From Tubiluchus corallicola (Eukaryota; Animalia; Priapulida), in contig JAQGDQ010000285.1 in the NCBI GenBank assembly GCA_030141605.1, forward strand, positions 62,001 through 126,000: a stretch of 64,000 bases of DNA. The letters run 5' to 3'. A model generated the notes under the pieces. It made no database searches. It had not been told where the DNA came from and was given only the letters and a program-made list of their open reading frames with translations. Positions within the stretch are counted from its first letter, which is position 1; each line of letters begins with the position of its first letter. Position numbers and translations under genes: made by a program. Shown here one piece after another: positions 26,783 through 38,900 of the stretch.

Positions 26783-29700
26783 TAACACAGTAAATTAATA
26801 AACGCAGATATATACAGCAATTACACAGTTAATAGAAAGTTCCACCAATGGCGTCTGATATGCGACGTTAATTTTGCATCACTAAGAAGTAAGCTTTGAC
26901 ATATAACATTAGTATTACCATTAAAAGTATACTAATGTAGGTATATTACAGTATACATGTATTAGACAGTTTTTGACTGTTAAAAATAACCGAAATAAAT
27001 AAATTTTATAGTCTTTTCGCAGATCTTTTAATTTTAACCAATGTCAGGAATTTTGTATTACAAATTTTAGGTATCGAAGTGTTTTCAAAACTAACAAAAA
27101 ATGATGGATGTTTTTGAATAGTTAAACAATCGCAGTTTTCTAAACTTAATTTTTGTGTACATTCTCTGGTAGAATATAATAAATATGCTATAAATTTTAG
27201 TCTTTAAAATTTTCCTCAAAGTTAAAATAATTTTTTTGTTTCAGATGATGCTTTAAATAGACGATGGCTTTCACAAACTAGATACGGAAAAAGGAGTGAC
27301 GGTGGGTATTCTACAAAAACATTAGTACTGTAACTCTTATAATGAGAGGAAGAGGCTAAAGTAGGTAGAAAACCGTCCCGTTTATCGCATTTTTTGCGCT
27401 TCACTGGGTGCTTTCAGTAACAAACATGAAATATTGTCTCCCGCGGAAACTTAAAGATGTTGTTTGCAAAACATTGATCTTTTGTATCTGTTCTAAAACG
27501 CAAAAACTGGTATATTTGGTTTCTCACTGCTAATTTAGTGGCTTCCTTTGATTAACGCCATTGGATGTTTGCTTGATTAGTTCATTTTTGTCTGCCTTAA
27601 AAGTTAAAATTCACAACTTGTCAGGCGGAGTCATCACCCTAGCTTTATTGAGGGGCTAGGATATTTGCAATATAGGTGCATTCATGTATTTCCAAAACTC
27701 AGAAATTATTGTAGATATTTCAGTGCACTCCTAGTTCCCTGTTTTTTACCCGCTTCTCGCTTATTTTTACAGTCGCAATTTTGTCCGCGAACTCGACTTG
27801 TACCTTTATATGGTTGGGAGCAAAAAAATTGTTTTTTGTTAATTTTGCATTCATTTTTAATTTATAGACAGTTGGACGCACCTAGGTTTGACACACACAT
27901 GATACTTCTTGAACGATAGAGAAATTACGGCAGGGTAGATGAAAACCTTAAATGAGCGATTAAATATCGACTTTTGTCAAAACAAAATTATGTCTGTGGA
28001 AAAGCTGGAGCAGAGATGATCAGCATCTCTGTCAGTGAACCCGAAGATGTCTGTGGGTTACATTCACCGGGAAAAAATTTCGAGTAAGAAATGCCACATT
28101 TTTATCAATAATGGCGATTCCGTCGCCAGGTCTTCTAATTGTTGTTATTTATACCTGATATTTGATCGTTTATACATTTCAGGTCCGATCGGTATTGATG
28201 TGTTTGGTGATGGAAGTTTTGTTTGTTTTGGAGCCAGTCTACCAAATACATACCGCTGTTTAAGGTAGGGTTAATACTGATTATTCTAAAGCTTATGTAA
28301 CACTTAGTCATTTTCTGTGCAAGCAACTATGTGCAGGATCCCAGCCAGTCGTGTGCAAGATGCTTTTCTTTGTGGCAAAGTGTTTAGTGCCAACAACTCG
28401 TGCATTCACACGTGGTTTAATAGCTTACACGCGTGCTTTTGCTACTTTTGATATGTCGTTTCCATCGCAATTTGATTGGACAAAACAGCAAGCGTGCTTT
28501 CGGAGTTAAAAGTTTGGAATTCCAAATACAAATCTTGTTTAGCGATACCACTTTATACGAGAATGTTAAGCCTAAATTGAATTTAGGTATCCGTGCGATT
28601 TACATAATATATTATATTGTCCGATGCTGAGAAAGCCTAAACTTTCTGAGGCAATGCGATCTCAGAAACTATCCTGGGAGGTTCACTGTGTGTGTGTGGG
28701 AGGGGGGATAAGTACATCTTCAGTACAGTAAGCTAATCTAATACGAGATCTACTGTCGTGTATAATAGAATAGCATACAGTGAGCTTGAGTAGTAAGGAA
28801 AAAGTTGCAGTGGTGGTAGAGGAATGTCTTAATAATACCGAGGGGAACACAATGCGCTCAGATTCTCCATTTTGGCTTCTAGTTTCTGGGTGTCACTAAA
28901 TCTTTTGACAGATGGTAGTAAAGACAGTAAAAAAAAATAATCTTTATTAATCTTTTTATCTTAATCTCTTTTAATATGTTTAATAGTGTCTGTTCATTAG
29001 ACACTGCCTTCTTCTTACACTTAACTGTTATGTTTTAATTAAAATTAGACTATGATCGGTATTGTAGACAAAATGTTTTGACGTCAAAAATCTATAACTA
29101 GAAAATAGCCGTTTGCGAAAGCTGAAGCACGTGTGCTTTCCGAAATCTCGCGTCGTTTCTAGAAAGCATGTGTCGTTTTTTCAGGTTAGCCGAATCAGGA
29201 AAATGAAAATGGATGTTGTTTAATCCCATCTTATTTAAACAGAAAAACATTCTTTTAAAATAGGGGCATTTTTTTTACTTTTGATATTACTTCATTTCGT
29301 TTCACGCATGGGCACCTCCCGTTTTGAACACCCATTCTTCCATCAATGACGTCTTTCATTGATTGAAGACAAGAACTATGCTGTCAATTTCCGTCAAAAG
29401 TTTTTTGAAAAAAAATAGGTAGCTAATTTTGATAATATTTTCTACGAAAATTAGGTAAGCTGCAGAAGTTTAAATTAGTTTAAGCAAGCACGCTTACGGA
29501 GAGCCATCATGCCCTTACGAAAAGTCAAAGTCCATCAGGTACGTCAAGTGAATGGCGGCAGTCACCATGCCTGAGAATACAGTAGTAGAAACAAATTTTA
29601 TGCTTCATAGACAGTTTTTTTTCGCAAATTTCCTTGTTATATTTTTCGAAGTTTAAGTAATAACGGCAAAATAAATCCAACATGCTAGGTTACTTGTCCT

Positions 29701-29823
29701 TGTCGTTAAAGAGCTCAGAAGTGTATGAATAAAGTTTTATCGGTCATATTCTACAGCTCGCGTGTCTACTCTTTATCATGATTTATCTGTTATAGGCGAA
29801 GTCCAGGAGAAACAGAAGATTAA
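24368..29823 (+). CDS. Luqin/RYamide-type neuropeptide precursor; join 24368..24515, 27245..27301, 28183..28264, 29796..29823 (104 aa)
   Basis: Spliced product MIHSASQCICIFIMTIFVSMVFA-DRFSQSQWRPSGRY-GKR-DHSGELQWDDDALN-RR-WLSQTRY-GKR-SDGPIGIDVFGDGSFVCFGASLPNTYRCLRRSPGETED*. It has a signal peptide, two RY-GKR amidation/cleavage sites and a C-terminal C-x10-C motif ending YRC. Introns are GT-AG with phases 1/1/2, total 315 nt. The last exon is the least certain. Confidence 0.88.
25928..26070 (-). mobile_element. LINE/SINE 3' tail remnant related to the tail at 8405-8527
   Basis: Minus strand reads gggacggttgccagctggtctttcaccacccgcctct...gaggcaataaa(ttgaa)n, compared with gggatggc...tggtctttcgccatcccgccct...gaaggcaaaaataaa at 8420-8528. 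Confidence 0.55.
26745..26781. repeat. (CA)n microsatellite
   Basis: Direct reading. Confidence 0.95.
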
Positions 29824-30204
29824 ATCGTTAAAAAGACAACCCAAGTGACCGTATGAAGCAAACTCTTAAATGTCGACAGTGGCTACTATATATTTTCTAC
29901 CACAGCCGTCACCCCAGCATTTCGCTAGACTTACGTTATTTTGAGAGATAACAACAGACGACAGCATGTCAAAGAATTCTGAGATAAGATCCATACAAGA
30001 TAAGAGAACAGTCAGACCTCATGGGATATATAGCTCAGCGCTAGTGAAATTTTTACGATGCTTTATCTATCTGGAAAAGAAAACATACAGTGTAGAAATT
30101 GAGTATATTGGCTCTCACTCTCTCTCCAGAGGCAATTTATTGTTGTAGCTAATTATTTAGCATTGCCGTAGCAATACGCAGTTCTATTAACAGCCACCAT
30201 TATA

Positions 30205-30371
30205 CAGTCAAACCGCCTTGTACCGCCTACTTTGGGACTGCAAAAAAGTTGGCATTAAGGGAGTTTGGCATTACAACAAGGTGCATTGATACATACATGT
30301 TTGCCAAAATTCAGCATGTGCCTTAAACAAGGCTGGCATTACACAGCGGGCGTTATAACGAGGTTTGACTG
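30205..30371. mobile_element. Tc1/mariner-pogo-type MITE (~167 bp)
   Basis: TIRs cagtcaaaccgccttgtaccgcc / ggcgttataacgaggtttgactg; TA on the left, tta on the right. Confidence 0.7.
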
Positions 30372-32467
30372 TTACAGAGCATATGCAATCTCTCGTCTTG
30401 AATCATTGTTCTGTATTTGAGGGCAGTTTTGAGACATTTGGCTATGGTCACATTTAACTAAGACATTTTTTCTTGTCGTTTTATTGTTGAAAGTTTTCAA
30501 TCACAAATTGTGCCACATCATATGCACGTCAAACACTGGAATCGTGCATATTCACCAACGGGTGTGTAGGAAACTTTGAGTTTGCAGCTTTAGCTCCACC
30601 TTAATGCTCACTCGAGGATGCAAGGGATTTCAGAAATGCCCACCAAGCTTTGACAGGAAGTGGCAATGTTTGACAGTTCTCCAAGTCAGCAATACAGAAA
30701 TTCTCACCAATTTCTCCCGCGCGAACTTATTTTCCCTTAAATTAATTCAAATTAGTTGTTGTCTCACGAATATTTTAATATTACGGTTTATTTGCAGTTA
30801 ACTGATACGTATTTCAGAATAAATTTTCAGAACTACAATATGTACGACACTGTACAACTATCTTTTTGTTTTCATTATGGAGTGGAACATAACTTTACAA
30901 CACTTATGGTACGGACGGAGGTGTCACGGAAGTAAAATGTGCAAAGTAAATTTTCTGAAATATCCTTTCTTCAAATCAAATCAAACTTGGTTTGATTTGA
31001 AGAAAGGATATTCTTGTCTAGAATAATTTCAACAGAAATAAGTGACAATTAGGCCTACTTTGGCCTCATACAGCAACTAATTAAATACCTTAAACGGTTT
31101 CGATAATAATACTGAGAATTGATACAATTTTGTAATATGCATATGTATCAGAGATTCGACCCAGTATTTTCATGTCCGCAACTTCGCGGGTCCGAGAAAG
31201 AATGGTTCCGCGCACTGCAAGTCACAGGCCGTAAGAAAACAACAGTTTCGGTGTCCGCCCAGCTCCGCAGAAAAACAATGGATGATTATGTCAAGCGTAA
31301 ACTTAAAACATGTCGTGCACCATGAAACCAGGCCAGCGGGGCAACAACAAAATCGCAGCATAATTAATTCTCTCGCCTTTTAAATGAACTAGCTGAAGTC
31401 TGGTTAGCACGCTTCATAAATTATTAATAGCACTACAAATTATTTCAGGCATAATAAAATTAAAAATAATTACAAGAAAATAAAGTTGACCTAGTGAAGG
31501 TGACAACTAGAATCTGTATGCTACACTTCTATGTCATTTATATGACAATAAATGTAAGCGTCTGTATGCTAGAGATAAGTAATTATATTACTTGTAACTC
31601 GAGCATTACTCATCACATTGTGTCACCGTCATCATCACTTCAATGTCATTGTTGTTGATGTCTGATCAGCAGAAGCGCATTACCTTTCTAACTCTAGGAA
31701 CATCATTGCAGTCATCACCAACAGGAGTAGCAACTGCTATAGTCATCACTTGTTTGTTTTAATATCATGTTATTATCATCACCATCATCAATACCACAAA
31801 CACCACCATTACCATCATCATTATCAGCAACAGCAACATTTGGATCATCAACATAAGTTCATTGGTATCGTCACCACTATCATTTAAAAATGTATGATGA
31901 TGATACACAATAGCATTTCTTGCCTTTGCTTTATTAAATGAAACTAAGAGTTGAAGGATGCTGGTCGTTATCAGTTACTAAAAAATTAAATATGCTCCAT
32001 TATTAGAAAAATGCTAGCATTGCTAGCAACTCATCACTCAACATAATCACGTTTTCGTTTTACTACGTAAAGCGTTAGTTTAGGCACATAGTGTATGCTT
32101 CAAGTCAAAAATGTAAAGCTGACTATATCTAAACAGCTTACACTATTGGAATCATGTAAAGGTGTTATATCTGGAAAATAATTAGATTGTGATCTCGCTA
32201 TTGGGTCCGCCGCCAGTAGTTAGAAAATGTCTAGTTACGCATCCGCAAAAAATCTTAGGGATCCGATTCCGCATCAGAGATTGCGCACCTCTGATATGTG
32301 TCAGTTATAACATTATGAGCAGTTTACCAAATTGATGTATTTAAATTACGCTGTGTAGAGACTTATTATTACACAGCGCGGTAACTTGTATTTGAAACTG
32401 TTCGTAAAAATACTTTCTCAAAAAAGACAAGGGTTATTAAACGACTAGATTAAATGTTGATGATGCA

Positions 32468-32737
32468 CAGTGGCGTACCTATTAGGGGAGCAACCGTTCT
32501 CCCGACATTTTTTTAAAACAATTTTTAAACTCTTTAGTTCATTTGTGCGATAAAAGTCGAATATTTTTTTATTTTTTAAACCCACGGCCTTAGAAGAATT
32601 TTCCGTATCTTCTTCGTGTTTTGATTTTAAACACAAAATTAAAACGTATAATAAATGCGTTAAAATTTTTTGGTATGCGTCCAGGCGACTTTTTCAAGTG
32701 CTTGCTCCCTTAATTTTAGAAGCCGGCTATGGCCCTG
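32468..32737. mobile_element. Degenerate MITE with CAGTGGCGTA-type ends
   Basis: Left end cagtggcgtacc, right end gctatggccctg; flanks atgatgca / atcgtaca may be a decayed 8-bp TSD. Confidence 0.45.
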
Positions 32738-34670
32738 ATCGTACAATAACTTTCGCTTTTTTCTACGAGTAAAACACTCTAGATTTCGTTACACAAATTT
32801 TAAGCATGGCCTAATTTTAAATTTATTTTAAAAGCAGTAACGTCTTTTCAATAAAATTTATGCACAAAATCTCAAATTTTTCAAGTTTCAGTTTATTGGA
32901 AATTGTCAACAAGAGGTTTTAATGTCACAAAGTTGACTTAGAAACTTTGTCATTCAACATGCAGACTCGTTTACAAACTGAATAGAGGTTTACTAAAGAA
33001 GCAGCCAGTAGGAAAAATAAAAATGGCTCCTTGTTGCCTGGGTTGATAAGCTTGTCAAGTTTTACTATAACTAAAAAATGATGTTCATTTAATTTTCATA
33101 ATAGTGAATGTTACTTCAAGTTGTTGAAATATGTGACAGTCGCTGGTATCAAAAATTCCACATCGCAAATTTTATATCATGTTCATAGGACTACATTACA
33201 GATCCACAATAGTTTCTGCCATGGATGAAAGTGGCCTTGTATTATAGGGACGTTCTAAAAGAAAAAGCACAAGAGAAATATGCAGTGAAAATTAACTTTA
33301 CCTGGTGCCTCATAAAATTTTGCTATATACTTTGGCTGATTGCTATGCAATTTTAAATATGCATTGCAGTTACTGTTTTATACATTTACGAAAAAATCTT
33401 TGAAGGTTACTAATTTACGTAATTTTAATATCAAATTAAGATCTAATAAGTACATTATATAATTAAAGTCGTTTTAGCTGTAATACTTTTTGTATTTTTT
33501 GTGGATCTTTATTGAATTAATGTATATAGCAACAACAAATCATCAAAAATTAAGCAGAAGTAGCAAACGATACCTGTTTTAAAAATGCTACACAAAAAAC
33601 TGATTTGATGTACAAAATAGAAATTGATTAGCAATTACTGCTTATTACTTTTAAAATAAATTTATCTGATATAACAAATACGACAAAATGAACTTGGTCT
33701 TCTTTATTATGACACCACAGTGATGTAAAAAATGTATTTTACTTCATTATTGAAAGTTTTGCTACCATATAATTTGTTAGTACACTGTTTTCGTTGGAAC
33801 ACTCTGGATACGACAGCCAAGTACATACAACAACAATTACAAATTTTTATATCTTTTATTCTAAACATATTTTGTATTTCCATTAAATTTTTTCTTATCG
33901 CACGGATAATGCATCAGCATTGTTACACAATTTGCTTCAGTAATGTTTAACTAATGTGTGTCATAGTCGCCTATTATTCATTGTTTCTTGCCTTTTAAAA
34001 TTTATATTAATATAAACAATAAATTTTTCAATAATGGCTTGTTACACTGTAAAGTACTACTGTATTATCACTTTCAGCATTGTACCACATGACACTTTTA
34101 CAAGTTTCCACTGTTAAAATATTAAATACATAAAGTAAGAAATCCCAAATTCATTAATAATTAGCACAATTAGCTTTTTCACAGTTCCAGCTACTGACAA
34201 TGATCGTGAAAAGGTCAAAGGTTAAGTGAACCTAACAACGTTATGTGAACCAACGCATTTGTTTAAGCTTGACAACAGCTCAAGGGCATGCTGTTAGTAT
34301 AAGTAATAGTTCTTGGTCTTAATTTTTGCTTCATTTATTTTATTTTATGTGGATTTGTACAGCTATTTTGCTAGCTGTTTTCAGACAGGAATAATATGTT
34401 AGTTGAAAACTATACACGTGTACTATATACTAAAAATAAAAACACATTTCACCTGTTTCACGTACATGTGGTTACTAGTGATGTCATTAAGGTCACGTGA
34501 CCATTGTAGTTAAGTAAGACGCACTGGTTCAGTTAACCTTTGACCTACAACTGTGCATGCGCATAGCAAAACTGTGAAAAGGTTTATTATAGTAATGAAA
34601 GAAACAATGGAAGACTACTCAGCATTGCTTCGCAAATCACTTTGTAGTACTGCATTAAAAAAGTATGGCC

Positions 34671-34871
34671 ACAACAGCACAGATTATGCTGAAGCCCAGA
34701 TTATACTTCACATATTGCTTTCTTACATGCTGTTGTATCAGTTCTGAACAACTACCAGTAGAACTATAGTTGCAGTTGCAGTCTACTGACAGTTATTCAG
34801 AACTGGTGCAACAGTGTAAAAAAGCAATATGAGAAGTATAGTCTGGGTTTTAGCATAATCTGTCCTATTGT
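34671..34871. repeat. Inverted repeat with ~80-bp arms and a ~37-nt spacer
   Basis: acagattatgctgaagcccagattatactt..catattgcttt...cagttctgaacaact pairs with agttattcagaactg...aaagcaatatgagaagtatagtctgggttttagcataatctgt. Confidence 0.85.
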
Positions 34872-35327
34872 TCTACTGGCAGTTCTAAAACTGTATACAG
34901 TGGTATGCAAAGCAATACTTAACAAAAGCATATTTTCTAAAATGGTCCCCAAACTTGATACAATGTTGCCCAAAAGTTGGTTGTCTGTATCACACAGAGG
35001 AACAAATGCTTCCTAGTTTTTTAAGAGAATGTCATTTTGAACCTCCATTCTTATTACTCCAAAGTGCTTAAAATGCATACTCCCATTACTGATTGTGCTG
35101 CGCAAGATAAAACAGGATTACAGAGTAAAATTAGTATATTTATTTCATCACCATCATTAATTCATTATACAAGCAGTTGTATTACACCAGACAAGCATTG
35201 TTAATAATATTTCTGGCACCACATTGTTGCTTCGTGTTTGCAGTTGATGTGTTTATTTCCAGTGCTTCAAGTGTTAAATATGGCTGCAGTAGATCTTGGT
35301 TAATTATCGATAGGCTCCACATTTATT

Positions 35328-35552
35328 TTTTTACAAAAGAAGCTACTCCTTATAAGGAAAACTTATCATTACATGATGAGCTCAGGGTTACAAAAAACAA
35401 ATACACATGGGATATGGTAAAACACTAACTTGCCAAAAGATTGTTGTGCAATTTTTAGTGTTTTACCATAACCCATCTATTTCAGTTTTAAACCTAGAGC
35501 TCATCATGTAGCAATAACCTTTCCTCGTAAAGAATAGTTTATTTTGGAAAAA
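35328..35552. repeat. Inverted repeat with ~100-bp arms and a ~26-nt loop
   Basis: tacatgatgagctc...atgggatatggtaaaacactaa pairs with ttagtgttttaccataacccat...gagctcatcatgta. Confidence 0.85.
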
Positions 35553-35922
35553 AGCCAAACATTAAATAAAGTGTACTTAACCATATTGAAAGTGTATGCA
35601 CATTACTGCAGCATGAATCTTCGAGTGGCAACCATCTTTGAAATTGCGACAGCTGTCTTAAATTGCTGATTCAGAATTGTTGACATGTCAACATGTTATA
35701 CTAGAGGCCTAGCTCGTCAAAAAAAAGATAAGGAGCATTTGTAACTCTGAGTCGCACAGACAATGCAAACTGAAAGGTTGACTGAAAGGTTGATAGTGAT
35801 TTCACAACAGTATTTTATATAAAATTGCAAAAATACTCATCAGCATGTAAGTTTAGGTGTATATGTATATATTATCAATCCAACAACGTAGTTACCCACA
35901 TAGTCAGCATTGCAATGACTAT

Positions 35923-38900
35923 TTAGCCATTCATCACTTGTTGTACAAGATCTAAAAAATAGTATAATAATAAAATACTTATGACTGTCTTTGAGTTTAA
36001 ACTGAAACTTCTTCAATGAGTGACAAAACCATTTGTGTTCCCCACTCTATTTTTTTATTCTTATAGTGTTGTCAAAACTATTACAGTTAATGATAATTGA
36101 TTAGCAAAACTTGCTAAAAAATGATAATAGCAAGGTGATAGGTAGGTCATATGAAATTTTTTTTACATGTAATGTACATTACATTTGATTAATAAATTGA
36201 ACAGTTCTTCAAAACATAAGCTATACAGTTCATTTACAAAATAAAAAGCTCTTCTGATTTGATTTTTGACACAATTACTAGTAAATGACCAACTTACCCT
36301 CATAATTAACATTGCCAACAGTGTCCTCCATACCTGCAGTCAACATTTCAACTTCTTCATCGGTAAGTTTTTCACCTGGTATTATAAAAAAGCTTAAAAT
36401 TTAGATAAAAATGGCTTGTTTTATTACTAAACTACAGAAACAAAAAGATCACAAGTCTAAGACAACATTCTGCATGAACAGAAACAGTTCGTTGCATTCA
36501 CAATTTCCTAATTCAAGCCTCATAGTAACGAATCAAACTCAAAGCATAACAACAACAACATAACAAACAACAATGTGTTTTGCCCAATTAGCCGATTGAA
36601 CTTATTAACGGATGGGTGTAGTATTACTGGTATAGAAGTATGAGTCACCAGCTTAGTAAGCACTTGCAAAGGTTTTTAATGAATTTTAGAAAGGACGTAA
36701 TGCCTAAATTCCTTTGTGCAGTTAAAAATTAGAAAAAATATTTTAAAATATTAATTTATATAAGTGAATTAGCAATAAATTAAAAAGTATACTTCTCTAA
36801 ATCACACAAGTCTGTTTATTTGTAAAAATTACAAAAATTCCTTCAAAGACAGCGGCTTTATTTTATCGCGAAGAAGTTGGCTCACAAAGTTCTCATAATG
36901 ATAAAAATGTTGAAAATCTGTTGTTACATGATGCACAAATTCCATAAAATACTCAGTGCTTGGCGTGCTTAAACTGTTGGAGGTGCGCCTGTTTCCCTGC
37001 AAGTAGCTTCGTCTGCTATAAGCTCCCGCTTGCTATAATTGTGACATATTTACTGTACTGTACATGCATCCCAGCATAACAGCAACATCTAACTCAGTGG
37101 TGTGCAAACTGCGGCCTGCCAAGAGATCTTGTGCGGCCTGCAAAAGGTTTTTCAACCCGATGAAAGTGCGGCCCGGGTGATGAATTGAGTCGCAGGAAGT
37201 ATTTTCCGGAAGTATCAGGAAGATATTTCCAGCTGAAGTCTGCGCCACGATCGCAAAGATAGTGAGGGTAGTTTTTTCACTAGATCGGATGGCATTAACC
37301 CTTACAAGATGGTTGTCACTTAATGCCACTATAGGACATGAGAAATTTTACGTTGCTCATTTGGATCACAAAAAAGCGATGTAATCACAGAACACAGCAA
37401 ACTACAGCAATCTGATTGGCTGGGAGGAAGACCAACAAGCCAATCTCTAGGCTTGTATTATCAGGCCGGTTGATTGGTCCAGTCGTTTTCTTGGTCATAG
37501 CAGGTAGATCATTTTGACTTGGTTATTTTACAAAATAAATTATAAATAAAATTATAAAATAACCAAGTCAAAATGATCTCCTACTATGATTAAGAAGATG
37601 ACTGGGCAGATCAATTTGTAAGTAGCCAGCAAGCTGAAAAAGTGTGGTAACCCCTGATATAGAGGATTCCCAGATTTTAGTTTCTGCTTAGGCTCAGTAG
37701 TACACGCCTTGATCAGTGGTTGTTTCATCGTTTCATCAGGTGTAGTGTTTTTATAGATTAGAAACATGGATAAGAAAATGAGGAGGATTGAAGAACATCG
37801 AGTGTTTGAACAACAAGATTAATATGCACTGTACTACACAGATTGTGTGATACACTGTACTAATACGCATTGTAATAAAATTACCACTATCTGACATGAA
37901 AGTTGAAATCTATGGTTTTTAATGTAAATTTTAATAACTTCTACAATAGTTTTCTTGAGTGTCGTAGTAATGATGTGCGAAGATAGAATGCAAAAAAATC
38001 GCTATTAGTTCGTACTGTTCTTGTTTCCTTGACCAAACTGCATACGGCCCATGGGAAAGTTTATTGTGGCCCGGCTAGTCAAATAGTTTGCATACCCCTG
38101 ATCTAACTGACTAAAGTTTCTGGCAAAGACAGTCAGAGCTTCAAAAGCAAACCACTAAACATGTGATTAAATATTTAGCTTTGAGGAATTCTTGGGTAAC
38201 GAGTGGACAGGCGATGGGTCAAAGCAAACCATTAGGCTAGCGTAATTTTTAGCACATGATAAACGTTCCTGCTTACAAACAAAACCGTACTTAACATGAT
38301 TGTTTCTATGTATATTATAGGACAAAAGCGAACTAAGATGATAAAAAAGTCAAAAAAGCTCATTAGTCACACGAAAGTGTCTTACTGAAGCATGTGAAAG
38401 CAAAAATATTGTCAATTATGAAGAGTTATTTGAGTCAATTACGACAGTTTTTGTGTACATTTGAACAGAAGCGACCCGTGCTAGGAGTTTTTGTGTCAAT
38501 TAAGCGATTGAGTCTATTAACTGTGAGTCCATTAAGCGGCCCTACTGTATTACAAAGACTGCTCTATATAAAAATATTTGTTGTAATTCATCTAAAGATA
38601 AACAGTTTACATAAAAACTACAAAAAACAAAATGAATTCAAAGGTAACATAAATGCAAATGTCTCCTATTTTACTCAACTTTAGTGTTTTTATTTAAAAC
38701 ATGCAACAATATAATTAGAGAACCAAAGTGTGGATCGACCAAGCAATCTAGTAAAAAACACCTTCTCATACCTATTGTTGTAAGCAAATGTCTTAGTTCG
38801 GCACTACTCATTGTCCCATTTCCATCCTTGTCAAATACTCTAAGGCCTTCAATGAAATCACCAGCTGTGGATGGTTCTGCATTACGAATTACCGTCTGCA

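Noticed and set aside
27023-27070. Possible extra 48-nt phase 1-1 exon of the neuropeptide gene (DLLILTNVRNFVLQIL)
   Set aside because: Weak donor (gtatcg), intron-like composition and no processing sites; cannot be excluded without RNA data.
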